Positions 51,799 to 64,000 of a stretch of 64,000 nt of DNA are shown here, piece after piece. The stretch comes from Octopus sinensis. Taxonomy: Eukaryota. The stretch covers positions 372,001-436,000 of the forward strand of contig NC_042999.1 of assembly GCF_006345805.1 (NCBI RefSeq), in the 5' to 3' direction. Within the stretch, counting starts at the first letter, position 1, and each line of letters opens with the position of its first letter. Under the pieces are notes generated by a model. That model was not told the DNA's origin. It made no database searches and saw only the letters and a program-made list of their open reading frames with translations. The translations under genes and the position numbers were made by a program.

Positions 51799-52379
51799 AG
51801 AGAGAGTGTGCGGGAGGGAGACAATATCTGTGTGCATGTGTTGGAAAGTAGGTTGGGAGTGATAGGATGAAAAAAGAGAGAAAAAAATTCTCATTTTCTC
51901 GATGGTCATTCGATATAACAAGCAAGATATTACACAATCATTTCAAGAAATTGCTTTTCCATTTTTCTTACCTGATTTCCTATCATTGTTTTGCTGTTTT
52001 AAGTACCCTATTACGTTGAAAAACTGATAGGTAGTCATCCAGTCTTCTCGGAATCGCAGTCAAATTTTCCTTAAATTTCAAACTACCATTTTAGAACGGG
52101 GACATAATAGTATATTTATAGATACACTACCTCAGAATAAAGTTAGGCTATTCAAGAGTGCGAAGTCTTTAGACGTAAATTTGATTGATATGAGTAACAC
52201 TAAGCCTAAACATTAGCCACCACAAATGCACCACAAATGAAGACACATCGACGTCTTCAGCGGATATTATAAAATGACAAGAATAAAATTTTCATACCGA
52301 GTACATATCAAATTTATAAACAGACAGGTTTGCAATTAAAACTTTTATAAACTCGCCACCTGCGTATCGTGCAAAAGTT

Positions 52380-52480
52380 AGGCGTAGGAGTAGCTGTGTC
52401 GTAAGTATCTTGCTTACCAACCACATGGTTCCGGGTTCAGTCCCACTGCGTGGCACCTTGGGCAAGTGTTTTCTACTATA
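52380..52480 (+). mobile_element. SINE family A 5' fragment
   Basis: GGCGTAGGAGTAGCTGTG...CCTTGGGCAAGTG. Confidence 0.75.
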
Positions 52481-52970
52481 ACCTACTGTAAATAATGTTG
52501 CTATTGTCGTTGTTGTTGTTCTTCTTCTTCTGTTTCTTCTTTAATCCTTGTACACACAAACGGACGCACACACACACACACACATACATAGGATATATGT
52601 GCACATAATAATTTACATATTCGTTGGTTATTCTTTCTATGCGATAAATGGTTTCACTTCAGAAACCAGGTTTCGTCTAAAAAAAAAAACAAAAACAAAA
52701 AAAGACACATTGCCGTCTAAGACGGAAAATAAATGAATAAACCAAAGAAACAAGTATTGATAATCACTTGTAAACATCTTCGTAATCTCGTACGGCTTCT
52801 TAACAAAATTAATAAAAATTCAAAGAATTCCATTATCACTTGATAAATATATTCTATTATAAGTAGAAGAATTTCGGTATACAATATCTGGCTGCAAAAT
52901 ATATTGTTAATATAATTGGTTGTCATGGTATTAGCAATATAACTTTTTGATTTAATTTGGATTTCATTAA

Positions 52971-52971
52971 C

Positions 52972-53060
<89 letters not shown>
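52971..53060. repeat. (GA)n microsatellite
   Basis: Direct reading of the sequence. Confidence 0.95.
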
Positions 53061-53064
<4 letters not shown>

Positions 53065-53127
53065 AGTGCATTGTAATTCCATGCATATCAGTAGTAAATG
53101 ACTAACATATTGCTTTGTTTATTTAGT

Positions 53128-53735
53128 CTAGGCACAAGGCCTGAAATATTTGGTGACGGGGTCAGTCGATTAGAACGACCCCAGTACGCAACTGGTATTT
53201 AATTTATCGACCCAAAAAGTCGACCTCTCGGCGGAATTTGAACTCTGAAGATAAAGACAGACGAAATACCTATTTTTTTACTACCCACAAGGGGCTAAAC
53301 ACAGAGAGGACAAACAAGGACACACAAACGGATTAAGTCGATTATATCGACCCCAGTGCGTAACTGGTACTTATTTAATCGACCCCTAAAGGATGAAAGG
53401 CAAAGTCGACCTCGGTGGAATTTGAACTCAGAACGTAAAGACAAACGAACTTAAATGCTGCTAATCATTTCGCCCAGCACGCTAACGTTTCTGCCATCTC
53501 TCGCTTTAAAATAGTCTTTTCTATTCTAGACACAAGGTCCGAAATTTTGGGGGTGGGGAGTGGGGCAGTCGATTAGATCGACCCCAGTAGGCAACTGGGA
53601 TTTAACTTATCGACCCCGAAAGGGATGAAAGGCAAAGTCGACCTCGGCGGAATTTGAACTCACAACGTAAAGACAGACAAAATACTGCTAAGCATTTCGC
53701 CCGGCGTGCTAACGTTTCTGCCAGCTTGCCGCCTT
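53128..53735 (-). mobile_element. SINE family B cluster (dimer plus monomer)
   Basis: Family B consensus on the minus strand. Confidence 0.85.
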
Positions 53736-53907
53736 CCAAATGACTAAGAGAATAGCCAAGAGCACGAATGTGATAGAAAGAAACAGAGACAGGCAGCAAC
53801 AAGGCGAGAAGGAATATGAGGAATGATAGAAAATACGCGATGTACAAATAAAGGTATCAGATTACAAAATAGTTTGCATAAGAAAATATTAGTTACATAT
53901 ATATAAA

Positions 53908-54303
53908 TCTTATATATATAAAAGAGAGGTTGTGTGCTGTCTGTCTCCAACGATTTAGATTCCTAACTACTCTCACATTTTGCGGTGCAGTTTAACCAAA
54001 ACTGGGTATCTTATAGTCGTGATTCATATCGAGCCCTTCTGGGTATTAGCGCGCGTCTACGATGTGTCTACGATTTAAAAAAATAATTACCATCAATTTT
54101 TCCCATTTTAATGCATTTTTGGCATATATAAGGGAAGTAACTCTCTAAAAATTTATTATTAAATCTCAGAACATAAAAAGCTACAGTAACACCCCACCTT
54201 TGTGGTTAGCCATATTGAGATGGCTATTATACTTTACATCTCTAAAAATGCTTATATAGTCAATCCCCTTACAAACCCGAGCAACGCCGGGCGATACTGC
54301 TAG
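53908..54303 (+). mobile_element. Non-autonomous Helitron (396 bp)
   Basis: A|TC 5' end (TCTTATATATATAAAA), subterminal hairpin CCCGAGC AAC GCCGGG (54276-54291), CTAG|T 3' end. Confidence 0.75.
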
Positions 54304-55513
54304 TATATATATATATATAAAGAATTAGATGTCTATAATTATTGAAAAGCATCAAATTACAAGATAAATATTGATGCTGCTGAGTTAAATAGATTATTTG
54401 CACTTCATGACTGTCTGGTATTTGATTAAACAAGAGCATATATATTTGAATAAATATTTGATAACAGCATTTAGTATCACTCAGTTATGATTGTATCTGC
54501 TAAATATGTGGGAAATTCTGTCTGTGGGTGTGTTTGTGGGGTTGTTAGCTAACTCCTCCTACATCGTTTTATCAATTTTTGTGAAACTTGACACGTGAGT
54601 AGAACTCATATCTGGAAACCTTATGGCATACTCAGGTTGTTGAAAATGTTGATAATTTGGGCCCCTGAAAGGGATCGTTATATATATCTAATATATTTTA
54701 ATTTTAAAACCAAGGGAACTAAAACATTCCCCCTGCAAGGGATCCTTTTATATAGCCAAGGGAAAATAACCCATACATTTTCCTAAATTGTTTGGTAAAA
54801 ATGAAATTCAGTATAATTATTTCTTAGTATTTGAACTGTTAGATTTATTTTGGCAATTTATCCAGTACACGCCTTAAACAAGTAAATACTATTTCCCTAA
54901 ACAATAGATCCACTTATTTCGGTCAGTGACTTATTCACGAACATAACAACACTAGCGCCCCTGAGGGTAATATTATCTGGGAACACACAAAAGCCTTTTC
55001 AGAGTTATTTACTTTCTAATTGTTATTATCTTATACCTGATTAGCCTGTTATTACGTTACATACTTCACGATTTTAGTAGACATACCTTATTAGTATTTC
55101 CTCCTATGTCCTATAGACTCTGGGAACGCATTAAAGCCCTTTTCGGGGCATCTTTCTTTGAATTCTTACTATCGGGTAACTAATTTCATGTTATTACATA
55201 AGTGACTTCACAATTTGGGTATTCATAACTTATTAGGAAGTCCTAAAAACAAGATCCTTTGTAAGACAGTTCAGTATTCTCTGTAAATGCAGAAAAAGAC
55301 TTTTAAGGGCTACATACTTTGTATTGTTGTTAATGGATTAGCGAAATAATGAAGGGAACGAAACCAAGGCATAAGCTCCGCTTTCCCGGGAATTACCGGT
55401 TACGTCAGCTTGTACGTAAATAAATGTGCGAGTGTGTAAATATATTTAAACACACATCACAAACACCAAACACACACAAATACACAAACAAGCACACACG
55501 CAAGCACACCCAC

Positions 55514-55514
<1 letters not shown>

Positions 55515-55579
<65 letters not shown>

Positions 55580-55761
55580 GTCTATCTATCTGTCTATCTG
55601 TCTATCTATCCATCCATCTATCTATATGTCTATCTATCCATCCATCTATCTATCTATCTATCTGTCTATCTATCTATCTGTCTATCTGTCTATCTATCTA
55701 TCTATCTATCTATCTATCCACACACACACACACAAACACACAGACACACACAAACAAACAG

Positions 55762-55797
<36 letters not shown>

Positions 55798-55815
55798 AGA
55801 TACACACATACACAT
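55515..55815. repeat. (TATC)n followed by (CA)n microsatellites
   Basis: Direct reading of the sequence. Confidence 0.9.
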
Positions 55816-56394
55816 ACTAGCTTTTAAATAACTGACCCCGAAAGGGAAGACCTGCAAACAGATCTCTGACTTGTTTTGGATAATTTGTTGGAATTGCTTC
55901 CCCCAGAATCATATCCCAATGATGATCATATTCGTCGCAAAGAGATCATGTAAAAGAAATCTCCGTAAACAATCGCAGTAATGAAAAGATACGAATCCAA
56001 AATCTCAGAATTGTAGGTCCAGATTCAGCCCGGAATGTTTATCCTGTTATATATATATATATATATATGTATGTATATATGTGTGTGTGTGTGTGCGTGT
56101 GTCTGTCTGTCTGTCAGTGTATACACATATATACGTATATATGCACACACACATATACACGTGCTGGGGAAGCTGTTGAGCAACAAAACAGAATACCGTG
56201 AAAATAATGAGGTAAATGAAAAGAAAAATATGAAATTAATATTTATTTTATCTTTGTAAGTGGGTAAGCTAGCAGAACCGTTTGCATACCGTGCAAAATG
56301 CTTAGCAGCATTTCGTCCGTCTTTATGGTCTGAATTCACATTCCGCCGAGGTTGACTTTGCCTTTCATCCTTTCGAAGGATACATATTCATATG

Positions 56395-56432
<38 letters not shown>

Positions 56433-56445
56433 ATATATATATATA

Positions 56446-56492
<47 letters not shown>

Positions 56493-56710
56493 CAAAGTTG
56501 AGTTGTGATATATATATATATAACAGCCGAAATTGCTAAGATGATCCGGTTCCGACTGAAGATTAGAGGCTTCGAGTGACCCGTCTGTTTTTTGTGTCGT
56601 CTTTTTGTGTGTTTTTGCGTTCTTGTCCCACTTTGTAATTTATATTTTATATTTTATATTTGATTTCTATATATATATTAAGGCGGCGTAACGCACCCCT
56701 ATCTCCTATG

Positions 56711-56769
<59 letters not shown>

Positions 56770-56774
56770 GTATA

Positions 56775-56938
56775 TACGACGGGCCTCTTTCAGTTTCCGT
56801 CTACCAAATCCACTCACAAGTCCACAAGTCTTTGGTCGATCGGAAGCTATAATAGATGATACCTGACCAAGGTGCCGCGCAGTGGAACTGAACCCAGAAC
56901 CATCTGGTTAGGACGCAAGCTTCTTATCACACAGCCCC
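56775..56938 (-). mobile_element. SINE family A 5' half
   Basis: Family A consensus. Confidence 0.7.
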
Positions 56939-57658
56939 ACCTTTTGTGCAAGATAATTAGAAAAACACGGGGTGGGATTACTCGCTATGGCTGATGATAG
57001 TTTATTATCAACATTGAGTTTTTGCATCGTAGTAAGAATTAAATTGTTTGATGAAAACTGACGTTATAATATTATATTAAGTAAGAAATAAATAACTACA
57101 TTAAAAAAGATACCACAAATTTATCTGTATTGAAAATATCTGCGGATTTTAATGTAAGATTATTTCATTTTGTAATCTTATAGCCAGTGGCAGGTGAAAA
57201 AGTTTACTTTTGAAATTGCTGATAAGGAAATGAGTGACAGCTTAAACCATAAGTTTATATTGTATTTATACGTGTGTAGTTCCCGTCGAAAACGACGGTG
57301 TTTATTTGTATTTTTAATAATGTACGTAAAAATGTGTATGTAAGTGTAAGACATAATCTGAAACGATGAGTTTATGTAGAAAATCTTCTGATGTTAATGT
57401 TTACCTTTCTCGTTATGTGTCAGTTCTTCTATCAAGCTATGCACTGAAACACACAGACACGGATACTGACATAAACACACACACGTACGCACACACATGT
57501 ATATATATATATATATTTAAATAATGAGGGAGATAAATTAATATTAATTTTAATATCAATTTAAAACCAGTAGTCTAGCATACAAACAATCTGAGAACTC
57601 AGAGAAAATTCTAATATATGTGTATATTGGCAGGGCAAGACTGCTAGGTAGTCGGCCG

Positions 57659-57779
57659 TATGCTAGAAATAGATCATCAACGATCAAACTACAAAGAAAA
57701 TTCTCTAGAGGAAAAATTCAGCGAACACCAGAACCAAATTTCTTTGTAGTTTCATCGTTGATGATCTATTTCTAGCATA
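57659..57779. repeat. 41-bp inverted repeat
   Basis: TATGCTAGAAATAGATCATCAACGATCAAACTACAAAGAAA / TTTCTTTGTAGTTTCATCGTTGATGATCTATTTCTAGCATA. Confidence 0.85.
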
Positions 57780-57815
57780 TATATATGTATATGCATATAT
57801 ACATATATGTATATA

Positions 57816-57860
<45 letters not shown>

Positions 57861-58517
57861 TATACATACATACATATATATATATAAAGAAAGAAAGGCT
57901 GTGTGTGTGTTATATATATATATATATTTGTATATATATATGTGTAAATATATATATGTATGTATATATATATAGTTTATAAGATATATATGATATATAT
58001 GTGTGTATAATACATATTATATATATATATTTTTAATCTATCTTGATGATTAAAGTTTTGGCTGTTAGCACGTGACTGTTCAAGTGTCGATATAAAATAT
58101 GATGGCATAACTCAAAGACGGTGATTAGCACTTGGAATTTTATATCAAGCTGGATTTTTACATGCTGATATATGTATATATGGATGGCACACATATCGCA
58201 GAATTACACATACAAAAACAATGAAACAACAATATATAAAAGAACGCTCAAACAATTTTATGTAGGTCAGAAAAAGTTCCCATTAGGAGATACGACAAAA
58301 AAATCTCTTAAAATTTTTGAGAACGATACTATGAATATCTGGAAAAATTTGAATGCAGATTTCGGAACTCTAACGCTGCAACACCAACTGGAAGGGAACT
58401 CATTGGGTAGTTTGAAAAATTTGTAACGACAAAGATAAAACTGGAACACAGGGGTGTAATTAATAAAACGCGCAGAAATATGTGCGTATACATGTGAAGA
58501 TATATATATCTACGTAC

Positions 58518-58557
<40 letters not shown>

Positions 58558-58710
58558 ATATATATATTATATTATATATATATATATATATATAATAGAA
58601 ATATTAAAATAACTAAGTCTCTCTAAAAGAGAACAGCGGCAGCGTTCCCGGAAAATAATAGCTTTTTTCTTATTTTTATAAGAATGCCATATTAGTATGG
58701 CGATAACTAT

Positions 58711-58741
<31 letters not shown>

Positions 58742-58870
58742 ATGAGGGTGTCTAAAAGACACCAACATGCCGAAATAGCAGTCGAAACACTGACTAGTAC
58801 CACGTTAAAGTTCATATCGCACCATGAGGTAAAGCGGAGGGACAAAACATACAAGCAAAAATTATTGATA

Positions 58871-58930
58871 ATTCAAGATCCAAGGATTTCTGGTTCTGCT
58901 TTAGATAAGCTTTACCGTCATCAATTGAAT
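58871..58930 (-). ncRNA. Type I hammerhead motif (C3U variant)
   Basis: Reverse complement of 59137-59196. Confidence 0.6.
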
Positions 58931-59136
58931 ATATCAAGGGTACATAAATACAGATATATATTAGCACACAGCAAACGATATACTTACATATACGAGCGCC
59001 GCACATACATACATATGCACGTATGGACACAGCCAGTTTGAATCGCCCGCCAAATCACCGCATAAGTACGATATGGTTAAAATAAGTATATCGTTTGCTG
59101 TGCATATATATATCTGTATTTATGTACCCTTGATAT

Positions 59137-59196
59137 ATTCAATTGATGACGGTAAAGCTTATCTAAAGCAGAACCAGAAATCCTTGGATCTTGAAT
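59137..59196 (+). ncRNA. Type I hammerhead motif (C3U variant)
   Basis: ATTCAA-TTGATGA-C GGT..GCTT..AAGC..ACC A-GAAA-TCC TT GGA-TC-TTGAAT. Confidence 0.6.
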
Positions 59197-59425
59197 TATT
59201 CAATAATTTTTGCTTGTATGTTTTGTCCCTCCGCTTTACCTCATGGTGCGATATGAACATTTAACGTGGTACTTAGTCAGTGTTTCGACTGCTATTTCGG
59301 CATGTTGGTGTCTTTAGACACCCTCATTTTTAATTGTTAAAAATTTTTTTACCTTTGTAAGGTATTTCTTTCATGCTGGCCACTTGAATTTCGACACTTA
59401 AATATCGATATTATCCTCATATATA

Positions 59426-59457
<32 letters not shown>

Positions 59458-59519
59458 CTAATACATCTGTTTGTTTTGTACACCACCTGTCTTCGTCCTT
59501 TGTTTTTCTCGTAAACTTT

Positions 59520-59554
<35 letters not shown>

Positions 59555-59557
<3 letters not shown>

Positions 59558-59745
59558 TATTTACATTTGACGGATATTTGTGCTCATCTTGTTTGTTGTT
59601 AACACAACGTTTCGGCTGATATACCCTCCAGCCTTCCTATACCAGCCGAAGCATTGTGTTAACAACAAACAAGATGAGCACAAATATCAGTCAAATGTAA
59701 ATAATGTAAATAATGCACATAATCCCTCATCAATTAAATATAGAA

Positions 59746-59750
<5 letters not shown>
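59555..59750. mobile_element. Divergent inverted pair of 5'-truncated H3 elements
   Basis: 59555-59636 (minus) and 59643-59750 (plus) match 29811-29920 and 30215-30280. Confidence 0.75.
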
Positions 59751-59785
<35 letters not shown>

Positions 59786-59844
59786 ATATGTATATATCCC
59801 TATACATATACATATATATGTGTGCATATTTGTATATATATTTG

Positions 59845-59905
<61 letters not shown>

Positions 59906-60402
59906 TTATTGTATATAAATATGCATACATTCACACGTGCGTACTATTCCTAAAGCATAAGAAGTAATGAACAAATACTTGAAGAATACGATCAAGATAT
60001 GAAATATCTACTCATTGACACAACTTGCAGAAATACATCTGTACAATCTCACATATTTGCTGATTCTAAGGATACACGAAGGAAGGTTCTTGATGCAGAA
60101 GGGCCGAAAGAAGATCATCGGCAATCTCCTCTGTTTAGTGGAATTGGTTCCGGTTATTAAATGACTGCGAGATATTCTTATAGACAAAAATTTAACGTAA
60201 CTCTAAGTTTCCTGATTTTCTTTGACTCCTTAAATAAATGGTACATAAATGTACCTGATATTCTTACAACGTATTATAGAGACATCTTTTATTAAATAGT
60301 TAGCCTCTACCGCCCCCACATACATTCACACACACAAATACTCGCACACAAATACACGCACACTCACACTCACATGTATCTTGCAATCTTCTATCCTTTA
60401 AG

Positions 60403-60875
60403 ACGGCGAGCTGGCAGAAATGTTAGCACGCCGGGTGAAATGATTAGCGGTATTTCGTCTGCCGTTACGTTGTGAGTTCAAATTCCGCCGAGGTCGACTT
60501 TGCCTTTCATCCTTTCGGGGTCGATAAATTAAGTACCAATTACGCACTGGGTCGATGTAATCGACTTAATACCTATGTATGTCCTTGTTTGTCCTCTCTG
60601 TGTTTAGCCCCTTGTGGGTAATAAAGAAATAGGTATTTCGTCTGCCGCTACGTTCTGAGTTCAAATTCCACTGGGGTCAACTTTGCCTTTCATCCTTTCG
60701 GGGTCGATTAAATAAGTACCAGTTACGCACTGGGGTCGATATAATCAACTTAATCCGTTTGTCTGTCCTTGTTTGTCCTCTCAGTGTTTAGCCCCTTAGT
60801 AAAGAAATATGTATTTCATCTGCCGCTACGTTCTGAGTTCAAATTCCGCCGAGGTCGACTTTGTCTTTCATCCTT
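60403..60875 (+). mobile_element. SINE family B trimer (third unit truncated)
   Basis: One head followed by body units at ~60450, ~60633 and ~60811. Confidence 0.85.
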
Positions 60876-61969
60876 ATATAATGCTTTACTGAATGACACA
60901 GCCATAAAACTCACTCAAATTAATATATATATATTCATCCATATAACTATCCATCTATATTCTACACCAACTACGCGTAAATAGAAACTTAGACAGCTAC
61001 TTCATGAAGTCCTATTAGAAGCAACCTTATTATCATGTCGGACTAGATCCCCAGGCGTGACCGGCTGACACAATGGATATTATCCAACCAACTTGTTCTT
61101 AGTTTATCCCTTGATCTCCTGACCATTTGATTCTTCCCTGCTTTATTCTGATCCAATGCCCGTTGCACCGAAACTGTTACATCTCAATTCGAATAAAGAA
61201 GCGAATCCATCTTGAGACCCTCCCCGATCTCCTAGCTTTGCATATTCTCATAAATATACTAGCAAAATATCGGAATATATTTGACTATACGATAAATTAT
61301 GCAAATACAAAGAATTATTTCTAAAAACGCTTGATTTATTTCATGATGTTTTTACTCTGTATTGCCAATTTAGTCCAATCACTTCTTTTTTTATCGTGGT
61401 TTAAGACGGGAAATATATTGACTTAAGAACAAGGAAATGCGCAAGAGTGTAAAATTTCAGTTATCTTGATTCAACGTAAAATGGACGAACATCGAGCTTT
61501 GATATTACGATTGTTCATTAAATACTGATGTTCAGTCAATAATATTGTTTCAGCGTGACACAGCCAGCAAATAAACACAATTTAAAAACAAAGAAACATT
61601 AATTCGTAAATATATATACATATATATATATATATATAAGAACAGGTAGAGATAAGCTGAATGTAATTGTAGGAAAAATAAATAAGTATATATATGTACA
61701 TGTGTATGTGTATGTATATTTGTGCAGAGTGCAAAAGGAGAGAGATAGAGAGAAGAGAGAGAGAAAGAGAGAGGGAGGAGGAAGAGAAGGAGATAAGTTT
61801 TATAATTGCCAACACAGGGGAGTCAGGTCATTTAGTAAGCTATGCTCTCTCTCCTCTCTCTCTCGATTACTCACTCCAGCGCTTATGTCGCTAAAACACT
61901 TAATTCCTCATTCTAATTCCTATAGCGTGAAGGAAACACTAAGAAGGGACATACGTTATATATATATGC

Positions 61970-62016
<47 letters not shown>

Positions 62017-62174
62017 ATTATATATATATATTTTCATATATATGTATATATGTACACACACGCATATAGATAGATGTATAGACACAAATATCGAACAATG
62101 AGAATGAGTGCTCAACACCGAATTGGTGGATAATAGAAACACACACACACAGACACACAGACACACACACACAC

Positions 62175-62231
<57 letters not shown>

Positions 62232-62429
62232 TATCTCTATATATTTATATACACGCTCACATATGCTAATATAATTCTATAAAATTTTATATAAACACAA
62301 GTGAATCTATCTACGTACCTCTTCTTCGTTGTTATATATAATGTGTGTGTCTGTCTGTGTGTATATATACGTATGTATATATGTGTATATATATATATTA
62401 TATATATATATATGTATATATATTATATG

Positions 62430-62462
<33 letters not shown>

Positions 62463-62600
62463 TAATACATATATACAGACAAGAAATTTCTCTGTTTTTA
62501 TTCTTTCTCGACCAAGAAAACTTATCCATCTTTTCATGTGTTCTTATCTAATTTTATTGTATTTTTCAATTATTTTATGTACTTAATTGTCTGAAAGACA

Positions 62601-62647
62601 TCACACCGATGAAGGAAATGCAATTTCCGAAAGTGAGATGTCTGTGA
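62601..62647 (+). ncRNA. Degenerate type I hammerhead motif
   Basis: TCACA-CCGATGA-A-GGAAAT GCA ATTTCC-GAAA-GTGAGATG-TC-TGTGA. Confidence 0.55.
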
Positions 62648-62899
62648 GTGTAGTAAGAACACATGATGAAAGGAAATTAACAAATTAATTTATTCAGAAG
62701 AGATAGATAAATAGAAATATATCCTACTGTAATTAGTTTAGAGCGAAACGAGAAAGCAAAACAACAACTATTTACAGCGGCTTTTTCTGTCTCTGAATAA
62801 CAGCCAGTGATGCATGTGTGTGTGGAGGTATGTGTATTGTATAAGAATTTCCGATGTGCGTTTGTGTGCGCTTGTATGAGAATACACATGTAATCTCTC

Positions 62900-62903
62900 T
62901 ATA

Positions 62904-62947
<44 letters not shown>

Positions 62948-62973
62948 ATATATATAATATATATATATATATA

Positions 62974-63006
<33 letters not shown>

Positions 63007-63008
63007 GA

Positions 63009-63045
<37 letters not shown>

Positions 63046-63055
63046 TATATATATA

Positions 63056-63142
<87 letters not shown>
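62900..63142. repeat. (TA)n followed by (GA)n microsatellites
   Basis: Direct reading of the sequence. Confidence 0.95.
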
Positions 63143-63147
<5 letters not shown>

Positions 63148-63174
63148 GCATGGAAATATATGTATATATATTTA

Positions 63175-63368
63175 CGAGGGGTGCAAAAGCTTCCTGGCTT
63201 TAAGGCGTCGCGAAAAGCCTGGTTAGAGGCCCGAACTTCCCAGCTGTTTTTCAGGGCTCAGGAATACTAAAGGGCCGCTGCAGTGAATCTGAGAAGGGAA
63301 TGGGAAGATGTCTAATAAGCTCATAATTAACTAATCCTTTTCTCTAACCAGGAAGTTTTCAGCACTCG
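63175..63368. mobile_element. Tc1/mariner-type MITE
   Basis: TA|CGAGGGGTGCAAAAGCTTCCTGG ... CCAGGAAGTTTTCAGCACTCG|TA: imperfect TIRs with TA flanks. Confidence 0.65.
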
Positions 63369-63667
63369 TATGAATTGTCTTCTAAATTCTGTTTTCAGCA
63401 ACTGAGCATGCTTACTCGAAATGATTTAAATTGAAACCTAATGCATTGCTTTTACCAGTCCTTATTAAAATATTCTAGTTTTCTAAATATTTAAATCGGT
63501 TGATATTTTAAAAGCTATTTATCTTGATTATTGTTGTTAGATATGTACCATTCAAAAGCGCAACTTGGCGTTTTTTTGTGGAATAATCTATGTTGATTGA
63601 ATTTTTTCCATACTGTATTACATTTGAAGTAATCTACTCTAGACGATAGACACACAAGCATACCTCT

Positions 63668-63930
63668 ATGAAAGGGAGATTAACTTGTTTTTGGGTATAT
63701 GTAGTTTACAGCATAAGATGCATAGAAGGTGCTTGTAAAGACATGGACATCACGTACCTTGGGGAAACATCTAGGAGCATTGCGGAACGACTAAATGAAT
63801 ATCTGAGACAATATGACTACAAAAAGCAGTCCTCCATACTCTACCAACATGCCAAAGACCACCATGGAGGCAACTTGGGTCAACTTAACATCCGCATCTT
63901 ATCCAAGCACCCAAAAGACCCAACACTCAT
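63668..63930 (+). pseudogene. Penelope-like element GIY-YIG endonuclease fragment
   Basis: MKGRLTCFWVYVVYSIRCIEGACKDMDITYLGETSRSIAERLNEYLRQYDYKKQSSILYQHAKDHHGG...IRIL; shows the VVY..C..C..YxGET.R...R..E signature; the frame stays open to the window end, so it is absent from the ORF track. Confidence 0.8.
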
Positions 63931-64000
63931 TAAATCTTATTATCAATATACGTTTAAATGTGAATTATTTTTACTTTTGTTAACTATTCTACTTAGATGT

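Larger units (their letters stand above)
58734..59335. repeat. ~250-bp near-perfect inverted repeat of a hammerhead-bearing element
   Basis: Arms ~58734-58985 and ~59083-59335, with a ~100-bp spacer. Confidence 0.9.

Overview
AT-rich, microsatellite-dense animal genomic DNA with no recognisable host exon. The SINE repertoire and (TA)n density suggest an octopod cephalopod (inference). Most of the window is tRNA-derived SINEs of at least five families, simple repeats and decayed transposons: an RTE LINE 3' end, a zinc-knuckle ORF1, mariner relics, a non-autonomous Helitron, and Penelope-like RT and GIY-YIG fragments. The main finding is a ~6.6 kb array of ~478-bp units (20851-27470) in which every unit carries a type I hammerhead ribozyme motif. 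There are 14 copies, 11 on the - strand and 3 on the + strand after an internal inversion, which resembles a non-LTR retrozyme or ribozyme satellite. About a dozen further hammerhead-like motifs from several unrelated short elements occur elsewhere, mostly beside (TA)n tracts and often as divergent inverted pairs. They include a tRNA-headed SINE with a hammerhead and a C3U/G8A covariant core. Together with the Penelope-like RT and endonuclease remnants, this suggests a Penelope-mobilised set of self-cleaving retroelements. Folds were assigned by eye, and no activity is shown.
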